Made by a program: the position numbers and the translations under genes | The notes under the pieces: generated by a model | Told to the model about the DNA's origin: nothing | The model's database searches: none | The model's input: the letters and a program-made list of their open reading frames with translations, nothing else | Source: an uncultured Acidobacteriota bacterium | GTDB lineage: Bacteria > Acidobacteriota > Thermoanaerobaculia > UBA5066 > Gp7-AA6 | NCBI GenBank assembly: GCA_963843325.1 | Contig: CAWJKC010000003.1 | Span: 591,320 to 655,319 of the forward strand | Reading direction: 5' to 3' | Length of the DNA: 64,000 nt | Shown: positions 40,163-50,209 of the stretch, one piece after another | How the letters are laid out: each line of letters opens with the position of its first letter | How positions within the stretch are numbered: the stretch's first letter is position 1

Positions 40163-43100
40163 TCAGGGAAGTGCGAACGTCTTCGACAGGAACACGGCCA
40201 TCTGCCCGCGGGTGTTCGGACTCGACGGGCAGTAGTTCCCGCCGCCGCAGCCGCCGGTAATGCCCTCGTGGAAGAGCTGCTCGATCCAGTCCGCGAACGG
40301 CGCGCCGCAGGGAACATCGCCGAAGATCCCGGCGCAGGGCGGCGGCACATACGACGAGCCGTGCTCCGACTTGAGCAGGAAGGCAGACATCTGGGCGCGG
40401 TTCACGACCGCGTCCGGGCAGTAGTTGCCGTTCCCGCAGCCTCCCGTGATGCCTTCGGCGGCCAGCTGCTCGATCCAGTCGACGGCGAACGCTCCCGGGC
40501 ACGCGACGTCCGCGAAGACGCCCGCGCAGGGCGGCGGCACGTGGAAGAAGCCGTGCTCCGCCTTGAGAAGAAAGACGGCCATCTGCGCGCGGCTGACGGC
40601 GCCACCCGGACAGTAGACGCTCCCACCGCCGCCGCAACCCGCGGTGATCCCGGCGCGGAGGACCCTCATGATGTCGGCGTAGAACGGGTTCGACGAAGGC
40701 ACGTCGAGGAAGTCCGCCGCGAAACCGCGCAGGAGCAGTCCGTAGCGCCCATCCGTGTTGACGACGAGCACGTCGCCCACGGTGCCCGGCGCCAGCGAGG
40801 GCGTGACCGCGTCGATCGCTGACGCGCTCTCGAACACGACACCCGTCGCCGGCAGACCCGCGACGGAGACGCTGGCTCCCGTCTGGAACTTCGAGCCGGC
40901 AACGACGATCGGCGTGCCGGGGCCGGGGCCCGCGCTCGGAGAGATCGAGAGTACCGCCGGCGACAGGCAGGCCAGATCCTGCGGCGCGATCGTGACCGCG
41001 CCGCGCGACCGACACGCTGAGCCGTCGTCGAGGACGACGCCGTAGGTCGTGGTCTCCGTCGGATCCACCGTGATGGTCGGCGTCGTCTCTCCGCCGGGCA
41101 GCCAGCTGTAGCCCGCGAAGCTCCCCGACACGGACAGCGTGATCTGGCACGCTTCGTCCGTCGACGCCGTGATCGGAACCAGATCTGAGCCGGGGCCCAC
41201 GACCATCGTGAAGTCGCGGCTCGCGGACGCCATCGCCGCGTCCTGGACGCGGACCCGGAACGAGAATGATCCCTCCTGCGACGGAGCGCCCGCGAGGTGG
41301 CCGCTGGAGCCGAGCGTGACGTCCGGCGGCAGCGCTCCGGAAGCGATACTCCAGGCGTACGGCGGCGTGCCGTTCGACGCGACGATGGGAAGGTCGAGCG
41401 CGTGGCCGCACGCGGCGGCGGGAATGCCGTCCTGGATCGTCGCGATCCCGAGCGTCTCGTCGAGCGCCGTCACGATGAATCCGACGTCGCCGCGCGTCGC
41501 GCCGACGTAGATCGTGCTTCCCGAGGCCGCCAGTCCGTTGACGGTTTGACGGGCGATGTTCTGCCCGATCGGCCCCCATCGCAGAGCTCCCGTGGCTCCG
41601 TCGTACGAAAGCGTGGCCGTGCGCCGCTCGTTCGAGCCCGCGCCCGCCGTCCCCGCGACGGCCGGGTTGCCGTCGCCGTCCACCGCGACGGCGTAGGGAC
41701 CGTCGTTTCCTTCACCACCGTCGTAGGTCACCGGCCCCCAGAGAACGGCGCCGTCGCTGCCGCGATACTTGATGGTCGCGTAGTCGAAGCGCGTGGCCGG
41801 CCCTCCGTAAAGACTGCCGGTCGCGAACACATTTCCGGAGGTGTCGACAGCGACCCAGGCTCCGTAACCGCTGCCCGGGCCTCCGACCGTCAGGGGCCCC
41901 CAGAGAAGCTCGCCCGTCGCCCCGTCGTATTTCGTCGTCGTGATTCCCTCGGAGGTCTCCTCGAAGAGGTCGCCCGCCGCGTCGACGGCGATGCCGGAGG
42001 GCTGCCCGCCCGCGTGAATGATGGGACCCCAGAGCAGCGACCCGTCGACTCCGGAGTACTTCAGCACGAGATTCGGATACCCGTCCGAATCCGAGTGACC
42101 GATCACGAAGACGTCTCCCGACGGGCCCGTCGCGATGCGATCGGGGAAATCACCCGCACCGCTGTCGAAGATCGCCGGACCCCACAGCACCGATCCATCC
42201 GCGCCGGAGATCTTGGTCGTGTAGATGTCGTCGCCGCCCCCCGTCCCGCTCCAGCCCGTGATGAACGCGTTGCCGCTCGCGTCGAGGGCAAGGCCGTACT
42301 CGGACCCGCTGATGGCCGTCGAGACCCAGAGCTGAGCTCCCGTCGACCCTGAGTACTTCACGACCTGCATGCCGCCATTGCCGCGGCCGGCGACCAGCAC
42401 GTCTCCGGAAGCGTCCGCGAGGACCTGGAAGGGCGACGCGCCCGGGCCGCCCGACGGAAAGAACTCGGGCCCCCAGAGTATGTTGCCGGTCGCCTTTTCG
42501 TACTTGAGCGTCGCCCATGCCCCGCCGCTTGCCGCGTTTGCGCTGCCGGTGACGACGACGTTGCCGTCCGGCGAGGCCGTGAGGTCCCAGAAGTGCGTGT
42601 AGCCGGCGGCGGCGCCGTCGAAGGTGATCGGCCCCCAGGCGGGCGCACCGGTGGATCCGTTTCTCTCCAGCAGCACCAGGTCGAGGTTCGTCCCGTTGAA
42701 GACGGACGCGGTCGCGAACACGCGCCCGTTGGAACCGACGAAGGAGCGGACGAAGTCGGCATGGGCAAGGCTCTGCGGCCCCCACACGATGCTGCCCGTC
42801 GATCCGACGAAACGCCGGGATTTCACGTCCTGGAACGATTGTCCGGAATTGAAGGGTACGTCCAGGATCGGATCGCCATCGCCGGCAAGGGTGAGCCTTG
42901 CCTGCTGAAAATTCTCGGTGGGATCGGTGACGGAGCTCACGGCCCAGGCTTGTCCGCCATCGGCCCCGCGAAGCTTCACAAGCAACTCCGAAACCGACTG
43001 CACGATGTTGGTCTCGGACCCGAACATCACGACACTCCCGTCGGAACCAATCGCCGCCGCGCTCAGGCTCACGGTCTCCGAGTCCGCCGTGTACCTGGCG

Positions 43101-43936
43101 GGGCCCCAGATCCTCTGGCCCGTTGCGCCCGCGTACTTGCACGCTTCGAAGCTGTCCGGGTAGAGCTGGCCCGCCACGAGAACATTGCCGGATGCATCGA
43201 GACCGATGGCGACCGGCCTCATCCCTTCCTCCGGGTCCTTGAGACTCCACACGATCTCGCCTGTGGCCGCCGCGAACTTCGTCACGAAGAAGTCGAGCGC
43301 CCGCCCGGTCAGATACACGTTTCCGTCGCCATCGAGGGCCGCCAGGGGGATGTTGGACTGGTACATGAGTACCTTCACCGGACCCCATGACAGGTTTCCC
43401 GAAACGCCGCCGTACTTCAGAAGCGACGTCGCGTTTCCCAGGATGTCGGTTACCTGCAGGACGACGTCGCCCGCCGGATCCACGAACAGGTTCATGATCT
43501 CGTCGTCCTGCTGGTTCCCCGCCCCGAAGACGACCGCGGCCGGCCAGAGCGCCCTTCCGGTCAGGCCGTCGTATTTCATGACCCAGAGGTCGGTCTCGTA
43601 GAGGTATCCCGCCGTCGCCTCGGCCACGACGAACACTCCTCCGAAGGGATCGATCGCCGCAATCGTCGCGCCATAGACGGGGTAGAAGGAGCTGCTTGCG
43701 AGCAACTGCCCCGCGTGGTCGTAATTCAATGCCGTGACCCCGCTGTTGTCGCTGGTGACGGTCAGCGTCGTGCCGTCGGCCAGCTCTCGCGCCGTCATCG
43801 GCCACTGGTTCCCGGCTCCCTGGACTTCGCGATGAAACGTCTTTTCCCAGACGGTGACGCCGTCGATCGCGTAAAGCGGCAGGGCGGCGAGCGCCAGCAG
43901 AAGACCGGCGCGAACGATGTGAATCGTCGACTTCAT
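40163..43936 (-). CDS. Large surface protein: beta-propeller repeats, Ig-like, IPT/TIG and C-terminal SLH-like repeats
   Basis: Repeated KY.G.TG..LWGP units; GTPPYAWSIASGALPP; three GIT.GCG.G..YCP...R.QM..FL repeats. Confidence 0.85.
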   Translation of the reverse strand: MKSTIHIVRAGLLLALAALPLYAIDGVTVWEKTFHREVQGAGNQWPMTARELADGTTLTVTSDNSGVTALNYDHAGQLLASSSFYPVYGATIAAIDPFGGVFVVAEATAGYLYETDLWVMKYDGLTGRALWPAAVVFGAGNQQDDEIMNLFVDPAGDVVLQVTDILGNATSLLKYGGVSGNLSWGPVKVLMYQSNIPLAALDGDGNVYLTGRALDFFVTKFAAATGEIVWSLKDPEEGMRPVAIGLDASGNVLVAGQLYPDSFEACKYAGATGQRIWGPARYTADSETVSLSAAAIGSDGSVVMFGSETNIVQSVSELLVKLRGADGGQAWAVSSVTDPTENFQQARLTLAGDGDPILDVPFNSGQSFQDVKSRRFVGSTGSIVWGPQSLAHADFVRSFVGSNGRVFATASVFNGTNLDLVLLERNGSTGAPAWGPITFDGAAAGYTHFWDLTASPDGNVVVTGSANAASGGAWATLKYEKATGNILWGPEFFPSGGPGASPFQVLADASGDVLVAGRGNGGMQVVKYSGSTGAQLWVSTAISGSEYGLALDASGNAFITGWSGTGGGDDIYTTKISGADGSVLWGPAIFDSGAGDFPDRIATGPSGDVFVIGHSDSDGYPNLVLKYSGVDGSLLWGPIIHAGGQPSGIAVDAAGDLFEETSEGITTTKYDGATGELLWGPLTVGGPGSGYGAWVAVDTSGNVFATGSLYGGPATRFDYATIKYRGSDGAVLWGPVTYDGGEGNDGPYAVAVDGDGNPAVAGTAGAGSNERRTATLSYDGATGALRWGPIGQNIARQTVNGLAASGSTIYVGATRGDVGFIVTALDETLGIATIQDGIPAAACGHALDLPIVASNGTPPYAWSIASGALPPDVTLGSSGHLAGAPSQEGSFSFRVRVQDAAMASASRDFTMVVGPGSDLVPITASTDEACQITLSVSGSFAGYSWLPGGETTPTITVDPTETTTYGVVLDDGSACRSRGAVTIAPQDLACLSPAVLSISPSAGPGPGTPIVVAGSKFQTGASVSVAGLPATGVVFESASAIDAVTPSLAPGTVGDVLVVNTDGRYGLLLRGFAADFLDVPSSNPFYADIMRVLRAGITAGCGGGGSVYCPGGAVSRAQMAVFLLKAEHGFFHVPPPCAGVFADVACPGAFAVDWIEQLAAEGITGGCGNGNYCPDAVVNRAQMSAFLLKSEHGSSYVPPPCAGIFGDVPCGAPFADWIEQLFHEGITGGCGGGNYCPSSPNTRGQMAVFLSKTFALP

Positions 43937-44025
43937 GAACGTACCCCTCTCGAAGGCGTGCAGGGGCCAATCATTTCCGATTTCGGCGCTCCGCCGCAAC
44001 CCCGCCCCGAGGGGCCGCGCGGGCG

Positions 44026-46728
44026 TTATTCGCAGCGCAGCGCGAGGGTCGGCGGGATCCGGGTGGCCTTGCGCGCGGGCACGTAGGCCGCCAGGATCGT
44101 CACCAGGAGCATCGCCGGCACGATCGTCAGGTAGACCACGAAGTCGACTCCCCCCGCGTTGAACAGCATGGAGTTCATCAGCCGCTCGAGGCCGATGCCC
44201 ATCGCGAGGCCGATGACGGTTCCCACGGCGACCAGCATGAGGCCCTTGCCCATGATCAGGCGGATCACATCGCGGGGGCGCGCACCGATCGCGATCCGGA
44301 TCCCGATTTCCCGCGTACGGCGGCTGACGTTGTACGCGACCAGCCCGTAGAGTCCGGCGATGGCCAGCAGCAGGCCGACCGCGCCGAGGGTGCCGACCAG
44401 GCGGACCCCCACGCCCGGTCCCTCCACGGTGGAGTATCGGTAGAGGTCCTCGTAGGTCCTCGTCTCCAGGATCGGCATGTTCGCGTCGAGCGAACGGACC
44501 GCGTCCTGGACGGGCTTGATCAGCTGCAGCGGGTCTTCACTCGACTTCAGCAGCAGGATCATGCGCGCGATGGGGTGCTGCGCGAGCGGCAGGTAGAGGA
44601 AATCGTCGGCCGACGTCGCGGGCCCGCTGCTGTACTTGATCGTGCGCGCGATGCCGACGATCTCGACGGGCGCGCCGTCGGCGCCATCGAGGCGGAGGCG
44701 CTTGCCGACCGCATCGGCGCCCGGCCAGTAGTGGTTCGCGAACTGCTCGTTGACGACGGCCACGAGCGGCGACGTCGCGGTGTCGGACGCGCGGAAGCCG
44801 CGCCCGTGCAGGATCGGGACGCCCATCGTCTCGAAGTAACCCTGGTCGACGGTGTCCATCGACGAAGCAAAGCTCTCGCGGTCGCGCGGCATCTGGAACG
44901 CCTCCGGCACGAAGGCCACACGGTCGAACTGGCCCAGGCCGCGCGGGGGATTCTGCGTGTATCCGGCGCTCACGATTCCCGGGATCTCTCGCGCGCGCTC
45001 AGCGAGCGTTTCGTAGAATCGGGCGGTTTGCGCCGCGTCGTACTGCACGAGGCGCGGGTCGAACCGCACCATCAGGATGTGATCGGTCGAATACCCGGGA
45101 CCGTCCCCGATGCTGTGCTGAAAGCCCCGGATCATCAAGAACGTCGCGGCCAGCAGCATCAATGACATCGCCACCTGCGCCACCACCAGCGCGTTCCGGC
45201 CCCACAGCCGCTTGCGGCCGGCGGGCTCGTCGCCCTCGGCCGACTTGAGACCCCGAACCAGGTCCGCGCGCGTGCTCTGCATCGCCGGAGCGAGGCCGCA
45301 GAGCAGCGCGCTCAGAACGGACAGGACGAAGCTGGCGAGAAGAATGCGCCCATCCATGCGGAACGGGATCCTCACCGGCAGCTCGGCCGGGATGCTGAAC
45401 GCCTGCATGAACCGGATGCCGACGTACCCGATCGCGACGCCGCCGAGCCCGCCGAGGAGCGCGAGGACCAGGCTCTCGGTCAGCAGCAGCCGGATCAGTC
45501 GGGAGCGCCCCGCGCCGATCGCCAGACGGATCGCGATCTCGCGCGTTCGCGTGCGGGCGCGGCTCAACAGCAGCCCGGCGGCGTTGGTGCAGGCGACCAG
45601 CAGCACGACGAGCGCGAGGGTCGTGAAGATCACGCCAAACTTCCAGTTGGCGTCGCTGTCCTGGGTGCGCATCTGGAACATGGTGCGCACCGCCGCGCCG
45701 CGTTCGCGGTTGAGCTTCGGATACGCGCGCTCGAAGTCGCGCGCGACCACGGCGAGCTCGTTCTGCGCCGATCGCAGCGTGACGCCGGGCGCGACACGCG
45801 CCCGCAGCGTCAGCACGCGATCGTCGCGGTCCGTGAAGAAGTCCTTCTGCGAGCCGGCCGAGAAGAAGCGCTCCATCGCGAGCGGCATGTAGAAGTCGGG
45901 CCGGTCGAAGACGTAGAGGCCCGTAAACGCCTCCGGGAGGATTCCGATGATCGTGAAATCCCGGCCGTTGAGGCGGACCACCTTCCCAACGGCGGAAGGA
46001 TGACCCGCGAACTCGCGCATCCAGAAGTCCCACGACAGGACCACCACCGCGTCGCGGCCGGGCGCCTCGTCCTCGTCCTGGCGGAAGCCGCGTCCGAGCT
46101 GCGGCTCGACGCCGAGCGCGCGGAAGTAGTTGCCGGACACCAGCATTCCGCCCCGCACCAGCGGCGTCGCCTCGCGCTCGGCGCTGAAGCCCACGGTCGT
46201 CAGGCTTCCGTTGGCGACGACGCCGTCGTAGCTCCTGGTCTTGTCGCGGATGTCCAGGTATTCGCGGTAGGAAAACTTCTCGAACCCGTTGTCGCGCGAC
46301 GTGCTGACGAGGGTGACGACGTCGCCCGGGTGGGGCACCGGATACGGCCGGAAGACCAGCGCATCGAGCATGCTGAGCGGCGTCGCCGTCATGCCGATGC
46401 CGAGCGCGATCGTGACGACGACCAGCGCAGTCAGCCCGGGCGTGCGACGCAGGCTCCGAACCGCATAGCGCACGTCGTCGACGAAATCCGTCAGCCAGTG
46501 GACGCGCCGCGCGTCGCGCATCTCTTCCTTCTTCTGATCGAGCCCGCCCATCGCGCGCAGGGCGCGGTACCGCGCCTCCTCCGGCGAGAGCCCCTCGGCG
46601 ATGCCCTGCTCGATCTTGTGATCGAGATGAAACTGCATCTCCTCGTCGAGCTCGTTCTCCGCCCGGTTGCGGCGGAAGATCGACTTCAGCCGCAACGGCG
46701 CCGTGAACCACCAGTGTTCCATGCGCAT
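44026..46728 (-). CDS. ADOP-type duplicated ABC permease with prefix domain
   Basis: ELDEEMQFHL...EEARYRALRAMGG prefix; IALGIG; LLVACTNAAGLLL; [13 protein letters not shown]. Confidence 0.92.
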   Translation of the reverse strand: MRMEHWWFTAPLRLKSIFRRNRAENELDEEMQFHLDHKIEQGIAEGLSPEEARYRALRAMGGLDQKKEEMRDARRVHWLTDFVDDVRYAVRSLRRTPGLTALVVVTIALGIGMTATPLSMLDALVFRPYPVPHPGDVVTLVSTSRDNGFEKFSYREYLDIRDKTRSYDGVVANGSLTTVGFSAEREATPLVRGGMLVSGNYFRALGVEPQLGRGFRQDEDEAPGRDAVVVLSWDFWMREFAGHPSAVGKVVRLNGRDFTIIGILPEAFTGLYVFDRPDFYMPLAMERFFSAGSQKDFFTDRDDRVLTLRARVAPGVTLRSAQNELAVVARDFERAYPKLNRERGAAVRTMFQMRTQDSDANWKFGVIFTTLALVVLLVACTNAAGLLLSRARTRTREIAIRLAIGAGRSRLIRLLLTESLVLALLGGLGGVAIGYVGIRFMQAFSIPAELPVRIPFRMDGRILLASFVLSVLSALLCGLAPAMQSTRADLVRGLKSAEGDEPAGRKRLWGRNALVVAQVAMSLMLLAATFLMIRGFQHSIGDGPGYSTDHILMVRFDPRLVQYDAAQTARFYETLAERAREIPGIVSAGYTQNPPRGLGQFDRVAFVPEAFQMPRDRESFASSMDTVDQGYFETMGVPILHGRGFRASDTATSPLVAVVNEQFANHYWPGADAVGKRLRLDGADGAPVEIVGIARTIKYSSGPATSADDFLYLPLAQHPIARMILLLKSSEDPLQLIKPVQDAVRSLDANMPILETRTYEDLYRYSTVEGPGVGVRLVGTLGAVGLLLAIAGLYGLVAYNVSRRTREIGIRIAIGARPRDVIRLIMGKGLMLVAVGTVIGLAMGIGLERLMNSMLFNAGGVDFVVYLTIVPAMLLVTILAAYVPARKATRIPPTLALRCE

Positions 46729-46731
46729 GGC

Positions 46732-47068
46732 CTACGCCTCCGCGAGCTGCACGACGTGCGAGATGGCCGTCGACAGCCGCTTCCAGTTCGCCGTCTCCGA
46801 CTCGAGCTCTTTTCTCCCGAGGCGCGTGAGGGAGTAGAACTTCGCGCGCCGGTTGTTCTCCGTCTGCTTCCACTCGGCTTCGATCCACCCTTCCTGCTCC
46901 AGCTTGTGGAGCGCCGGGTAGAGCGAGCCCTCGCTGACCTGCAGCACGTCGCCGGAGATCGTTCCGAGGCGAAGGCTGATGGCCCAGCCGTGCAGCGGTC
47001 CGAGCGCGAGGATCTTCAGATAGCAGCAGGTCGAGAGTGCCCTGGACGAGGTCGGTGGGTTTGCTCAT
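46732..47068 (-). CDS. PadR family transcriptional regulator; frameshift near 47020
   Basis: MSKPTDLVQGTLDLL / KILALGPLHGWAIS...[11 protein letters not shown]...RRAKFYSLT. Confidence 0.9.
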
Positions 47069-47069
47069 A

Positions 47070-47118
47070 TCGGTTTCCGAGGGGAGTCTACGCCAGACTC
47101 CCCTCGGTAAGCAAGGGG
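47070..47118 (-). promoter_or_regulatory. Putative tandem PadR operators
   Basis: 13-bp perfect IR CCGAGGGGAGTCT/AGACTCCCCTCGG (47077-47107), built from boxes TCG-N5-CGA and CCCCTCG-N5-CAAGGGG; contains TAGACT on the minus strand. Confidence 0.55.
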
Positions 47119-47204
47119 TGTAAATCCTAAGAAAAATGCCCCCGGGGGACAATCTGCCGTCATACGAAACCCCGTTCGGGCCCACTCATTTGCGCAAGGA
47201 CTCA

Positions 47205-47696
47205 ATGACGCCAGCCGAAACCAGGGCCGAAATCGAGAAGCACCACCCGGCCGGTTTCGCCTGGTCCATGGCTTGTTGCGATCGGAACAGGGAGAGAGCC
47301 GAAGACGTGTTGCAGGCGAGCTACCTGAAGATCCTCGACGGACGGGCGCGCTTCGCGGGCCGCTCGAGCTTCCGGACTTTTCTCTTCGGCGTCATCCGCC
47401 GCACCGCCGCCGAGGAGCGGCGCAGAACCGCCATCGCCCGCGTGCTCTTCGGGCGGTCGATGCCTGAAGAACCCTCCAGCGGCGTTGGCGGCTCGGATGA
47501 TCGACTGGCGTTTCAAACGGCGCTCGCGCGTCTGGCCCGACGGCAGCGGGAAGTTCTCGAGCTCGTCTTCTCCATGGGTATGACGGTCCAGGAAGCCGCC
47601 GACGCGCTGTCGATCTCCGCGGGATCCGCCCGAGTGCACTACGACCGCGGCAAGAAACGCCTGGCCGTGATCCTGGGAAGGAGGCAGAGCGCATGA
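47205..47696 (+). CDS. ECF sigma factor
   Basis: AEDVLQ..YLK, F.GRSSFRTFLF, L.RRQREVLEL...EAA..L.IS.GS. Confidence 0.9.
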   Translation: MTPAETRAEIEKHHPAGFAWSMACCDRNRERAEDVLQASYLKILDGRARFAGRSSFRTFLFGVIRRTAAEERRRTAIARVLFGRSMPEEPSSGVGGSDDRLAFQTALARLARRQREVLELVFSMGMTVQEAADALSISAGSARVHYDRGKKRLAVILGRRQSA

Positions 47697-48088
47697 GCCC
47701 GGAAGATCTGGACCGCGAGATCGCACGCCTCTTCGACGAGCAGCGCCGGGCCGACGAGGCATCCGCGCCGGCCTTGCGCGAGCTGATGGCACGCCCTCGC
47801 CGGCTCCAGACGTCCTGGAGCCTCGCGCGGATTGCGCTCGTCGGAGCCAGCGCCACTGCCGCGATCGCTGCGATCCTCCTGCTGCGGCCCGGGCGCCCCC
47901 GCGACGCCGGCACGGAAACTCCGCTGCCGCCGGCCGCCTCGCAGCTGGCGAGCTGGAAAGCGCCGACGGACTCTCTGCTGCGCATCTCCGGCTCGGACCT
48001 CTTGACTCGCGTTCCCATTCTCATTTCACCCATCACACGCGTCGAACCCGCGCACCCCGCCCAAACGACGAAAGGAGTCGGAGAATGA
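47693..48088 (+). CDS. Single-TM putative anti-sigma factor
   Basis: Overlaps the sigma stop; one TM segment; W.APTDSLL motif. Confidence 0.6.
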   Translation: MSPEDLDREIARLFDEQRRADEASAPALRELMARPRRLQTSWSLARIALVGASATAAIAAILLLRPGRPRDAGTETPLPPAASQLASWKAPTDSLLRISGSDLLTRVPILISPITRVEPAHPAQTTKGVGE

Positions 48089-48510
48089 AGACCCTGCTGG
48101 GACTCTGCCTGCTTGCGCTCCTGCCCGCCGCCGCGCCGGGCCAGGGCGCGAACGCCGGCGACGATCCGTTCGCCGCGTATCTGTTTCCCCCCGAGCGCGT
48201 CATGAGCCACGGCCTCGAGATCGGTCTCGATGACGCACAGAAGACCGCGATCCGAAACGAGGTGCAGAAGGTCCAGCACAAGTTCCTGGACGTCCAGTTC
48301 GAGCTGCAGGGCGAGTCGGAAAAGATGGTCAAGCTCCTGCAGGAAAAGCCGGTGGACGAGACGCGGGTCCTCGCTCAGGTCGACCGGATCCTGGCGCTCG
48401 AGAAGGACATCAAAAAGATGCAGGTCGGCCTCCTCGTGAGAATCAAGAACCTGCTGACCCCGGCGCAGCAGGCAAAACTCACCGAGATCCAGAAGGCAGC
48501 CGGAAAGTGA
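48085..48510 (+). CDS. Spy/CpxP/periplasmic heavy-metal-sensor-like protein
   Basis: Signal peptide; helical; GLDDAQK and LLTPAQQAKL (LTxxQ) motifs. Confidence 0.8.
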   Translation: MKTLLGLCLLALLPAAAPGQGANAGDDPFAAYLFPPERVMSHGLEIGLDDAQKTAIRNEVQKVQHKFLDVQFELQGESEKMVKLLQEKPVDETRVLAQVDRILALEKDIKKMQVGLLVRIKNLLTPAQQAKLTEIQKAAGK

Positions 48511-49601
48511 GGTTGCGCATCCTCGCCGCCACGCTGGCAGCCCTCGGGCCCGCCGTCTGGATCCCGGCTCAGACGCCCCGTGAGCCCGTCGTTCAAGCCC
48601 GGCCGCGGCCAGAGCCGCGCGTGGAGAACGACCGATCCGCCGCCGGCCCGGAGATCGTCTTCATGGCGCCCGGCATTCCCGGGGGCGGCCTCGTCCAGGA
48701 AATCTTCACGATGAACCTCGACGGCTCAGACCTCACGCAGATCACGCACGACGGCCTGAGCAAGTTTCTGCCGCACTTTTCTCCCGACGGGAAGCGGCTG
48801 CTCTACACGAAGTTCTTCGTGGGTCAGTACAACGACCCCGACGCGCAGACCGACGTCGTGGTCTACGACTTCGCCACGAAAGCCGAGACGCAGCTCACGC
48901 ACACCGGCCATTCGTTCCAGCCCGTCTGGTCACCCGACGGACGGCGCATCGCCTTCGGCTCGTTCAACGGCGAGGCGCTGTGGATCATGAACGCCGACGG
49001 CTCGGACCTGCGGCTGGTCGGCGCGCCCACCGGAGCCGATTCCGACAAGCGGTGGAACGACTTCGCCTGGTCGAGCGACGACTGGATTCTGTTCACGGTC
49101 GCGCAGTTCACCGGCGATTGCTTCAAGGCGCGCATGGACAAGATCCGTCCCGACGGAACCGCTCGCACGCAGGTGACCGACGGCGGCCCCAACTGCACGC
49201 CCCACGACCGCGAGCAGAACGGCGACGCCGATCCCGGCTTCAGCGCGGATGGCAGGAGGATCTACACGTCGCGCGGGTTCCCCCTCGCGCCGGCGGGACT
49301 GCCGGACAACACGGTGCGCCGCCTCTACGCGGTCTCGAGCGACGCCTGGGCGCCGGGTAAGCCGGAGAATGACCTCAGCCTGCCTTCCGCGCCGGACTGC
49401 ATCGAGGGCGTGCCGAAGGGCTCGCCGGACGGCACGCGGGTTCTGCTCTTCCGCGCCTGCGCCGGCGAGCCACATCTCGGCGTGACCCTCACGGACACGG
49501 CCGGCTCTTATCGGACCTGGATCATCGAGGGATTTGGAGCGGACTGGAACCCGGCTTTCCGAAACGCGTCGAAGCCGGCGAAGTCTCCCGATCCCGACTG
49601 A
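48507..49601 (+). CDS. TolB-like PD40 beta-propeller protein
   Basis: PHFSPDGKR, PVWSPDGRRIAF and MNADGSD repeats. Confidence 0.8.
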   Translation: MRLRILAATLAALGPAVWIPAQTPREPVVQARPRPEPRVENDRSAAGPEIVFMAPGIPGGGLVQEIFTMNLDGSDLTQITHDGLSKFLPHFSPDGKRLLYTKFFVGQYNDPDAQTDVVVYDFATKAETQLTHTGHSFQPVWSPDGRRIAFGSFNGEALWIMNADGSDLRLVGAPTGADSDKRWNDFAWSSDDWILFTVAQFTGDCFKARMDKIRPDGTARTQVTDGGPNCTPHDREQNGDADPGFSADGRRIYTSRGFPLAPAGLPDNTVRRLYAVSSDAWAPGKPENDLSLPSAPDCIEGVPKGSPDGTRVLLFRACAGEPHLGVTLTDTAGSYRTWIIEGFGADWNPAFRNASKPAKSPDPD

Positions 49602-49616
49602 CGGACGCCGCCGGCG

Positions 49617-50099
49617 TCAGCGAGTCGGGGCGGCGATCGTGATCTTGAATCCGTCGGGATCCGTCACGGAGATGTCGCGCACGCCCCACGGCTGATCGCG
49701 CGGGCCCGAGTCGAGCTTGCCGCCCCGCTGCTCGATCGCCTTTGCGAGCGCGTCCACGTTCTTGTCGGTCATGCAGAACATTCTGAAGCCTTCTCCCTTG
49801 GCGCGATTGCGCCCCTTCTTCCAGTCGTCCTGCCCGATCAGGAAAGAGACGCCGCCGGCGCGGAGAGATACGCCCGTCACCTCGCCCTCCTCGTCCCACG
49901 TCTGCTCGACGGCGAAGCCCAGCACGTCGCGGTAGAACGCCAGGCTCTTGCCGAGGTCGTTGACCGTGAAACTCGGCGACGCCGAGCTCAATGCCAGTGA
50001 GCGCCCGGCGGAACGGGATTTCGTCGCTGCTGCCTTCGTCCTGCGGGGAGCGGCTTTCTTGGCACGAGCGGTCTTCTTCGCAGCTTTCTTTGTCGCCAT
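49617..50099 (-). CDS. VOC family protein with Lys/Ala-rich N-terminal tail
   Basis: MATKKAAKK...; SLAFYRDVLGF; DQPWGVRDISVTDPDGFKI. Confidence 0.85.
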   Translation of the reverse strand: MATKKAAKKTARAKKAAPRRTKAAATKSRSAGRSLALSSASPSFTVNDLGKSLAFYRDVLGFAVEQTWDEEGEVTGVSLRAGGVSFLIGQDDWKKGRNRAKGEGFRMFCMTDKNVDALAKAIEQRGGKLDSGPRDQPWGVRDISVTDPDGFKITIAAPTR

Positions 50100-50209
50100 G
50101 GTTGTGGCCTCCAGGCGAACGAGGCTATGGCCGCGGCGAATTCGAGTCAATGGGCCAGGCGCCTCAACTTTCGCGCCGTCCTTTCGTAACCTGAAAACGG
50201 GAGGTCTTC

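Noticed and set aside
41500-43700. Internal DNA repeats in the large surface protein as a DGR or tandem array
   Set aside because: They are explained by beta-propeller blade repeats; no reverse transcriptase or adenine-specific variation was seen.
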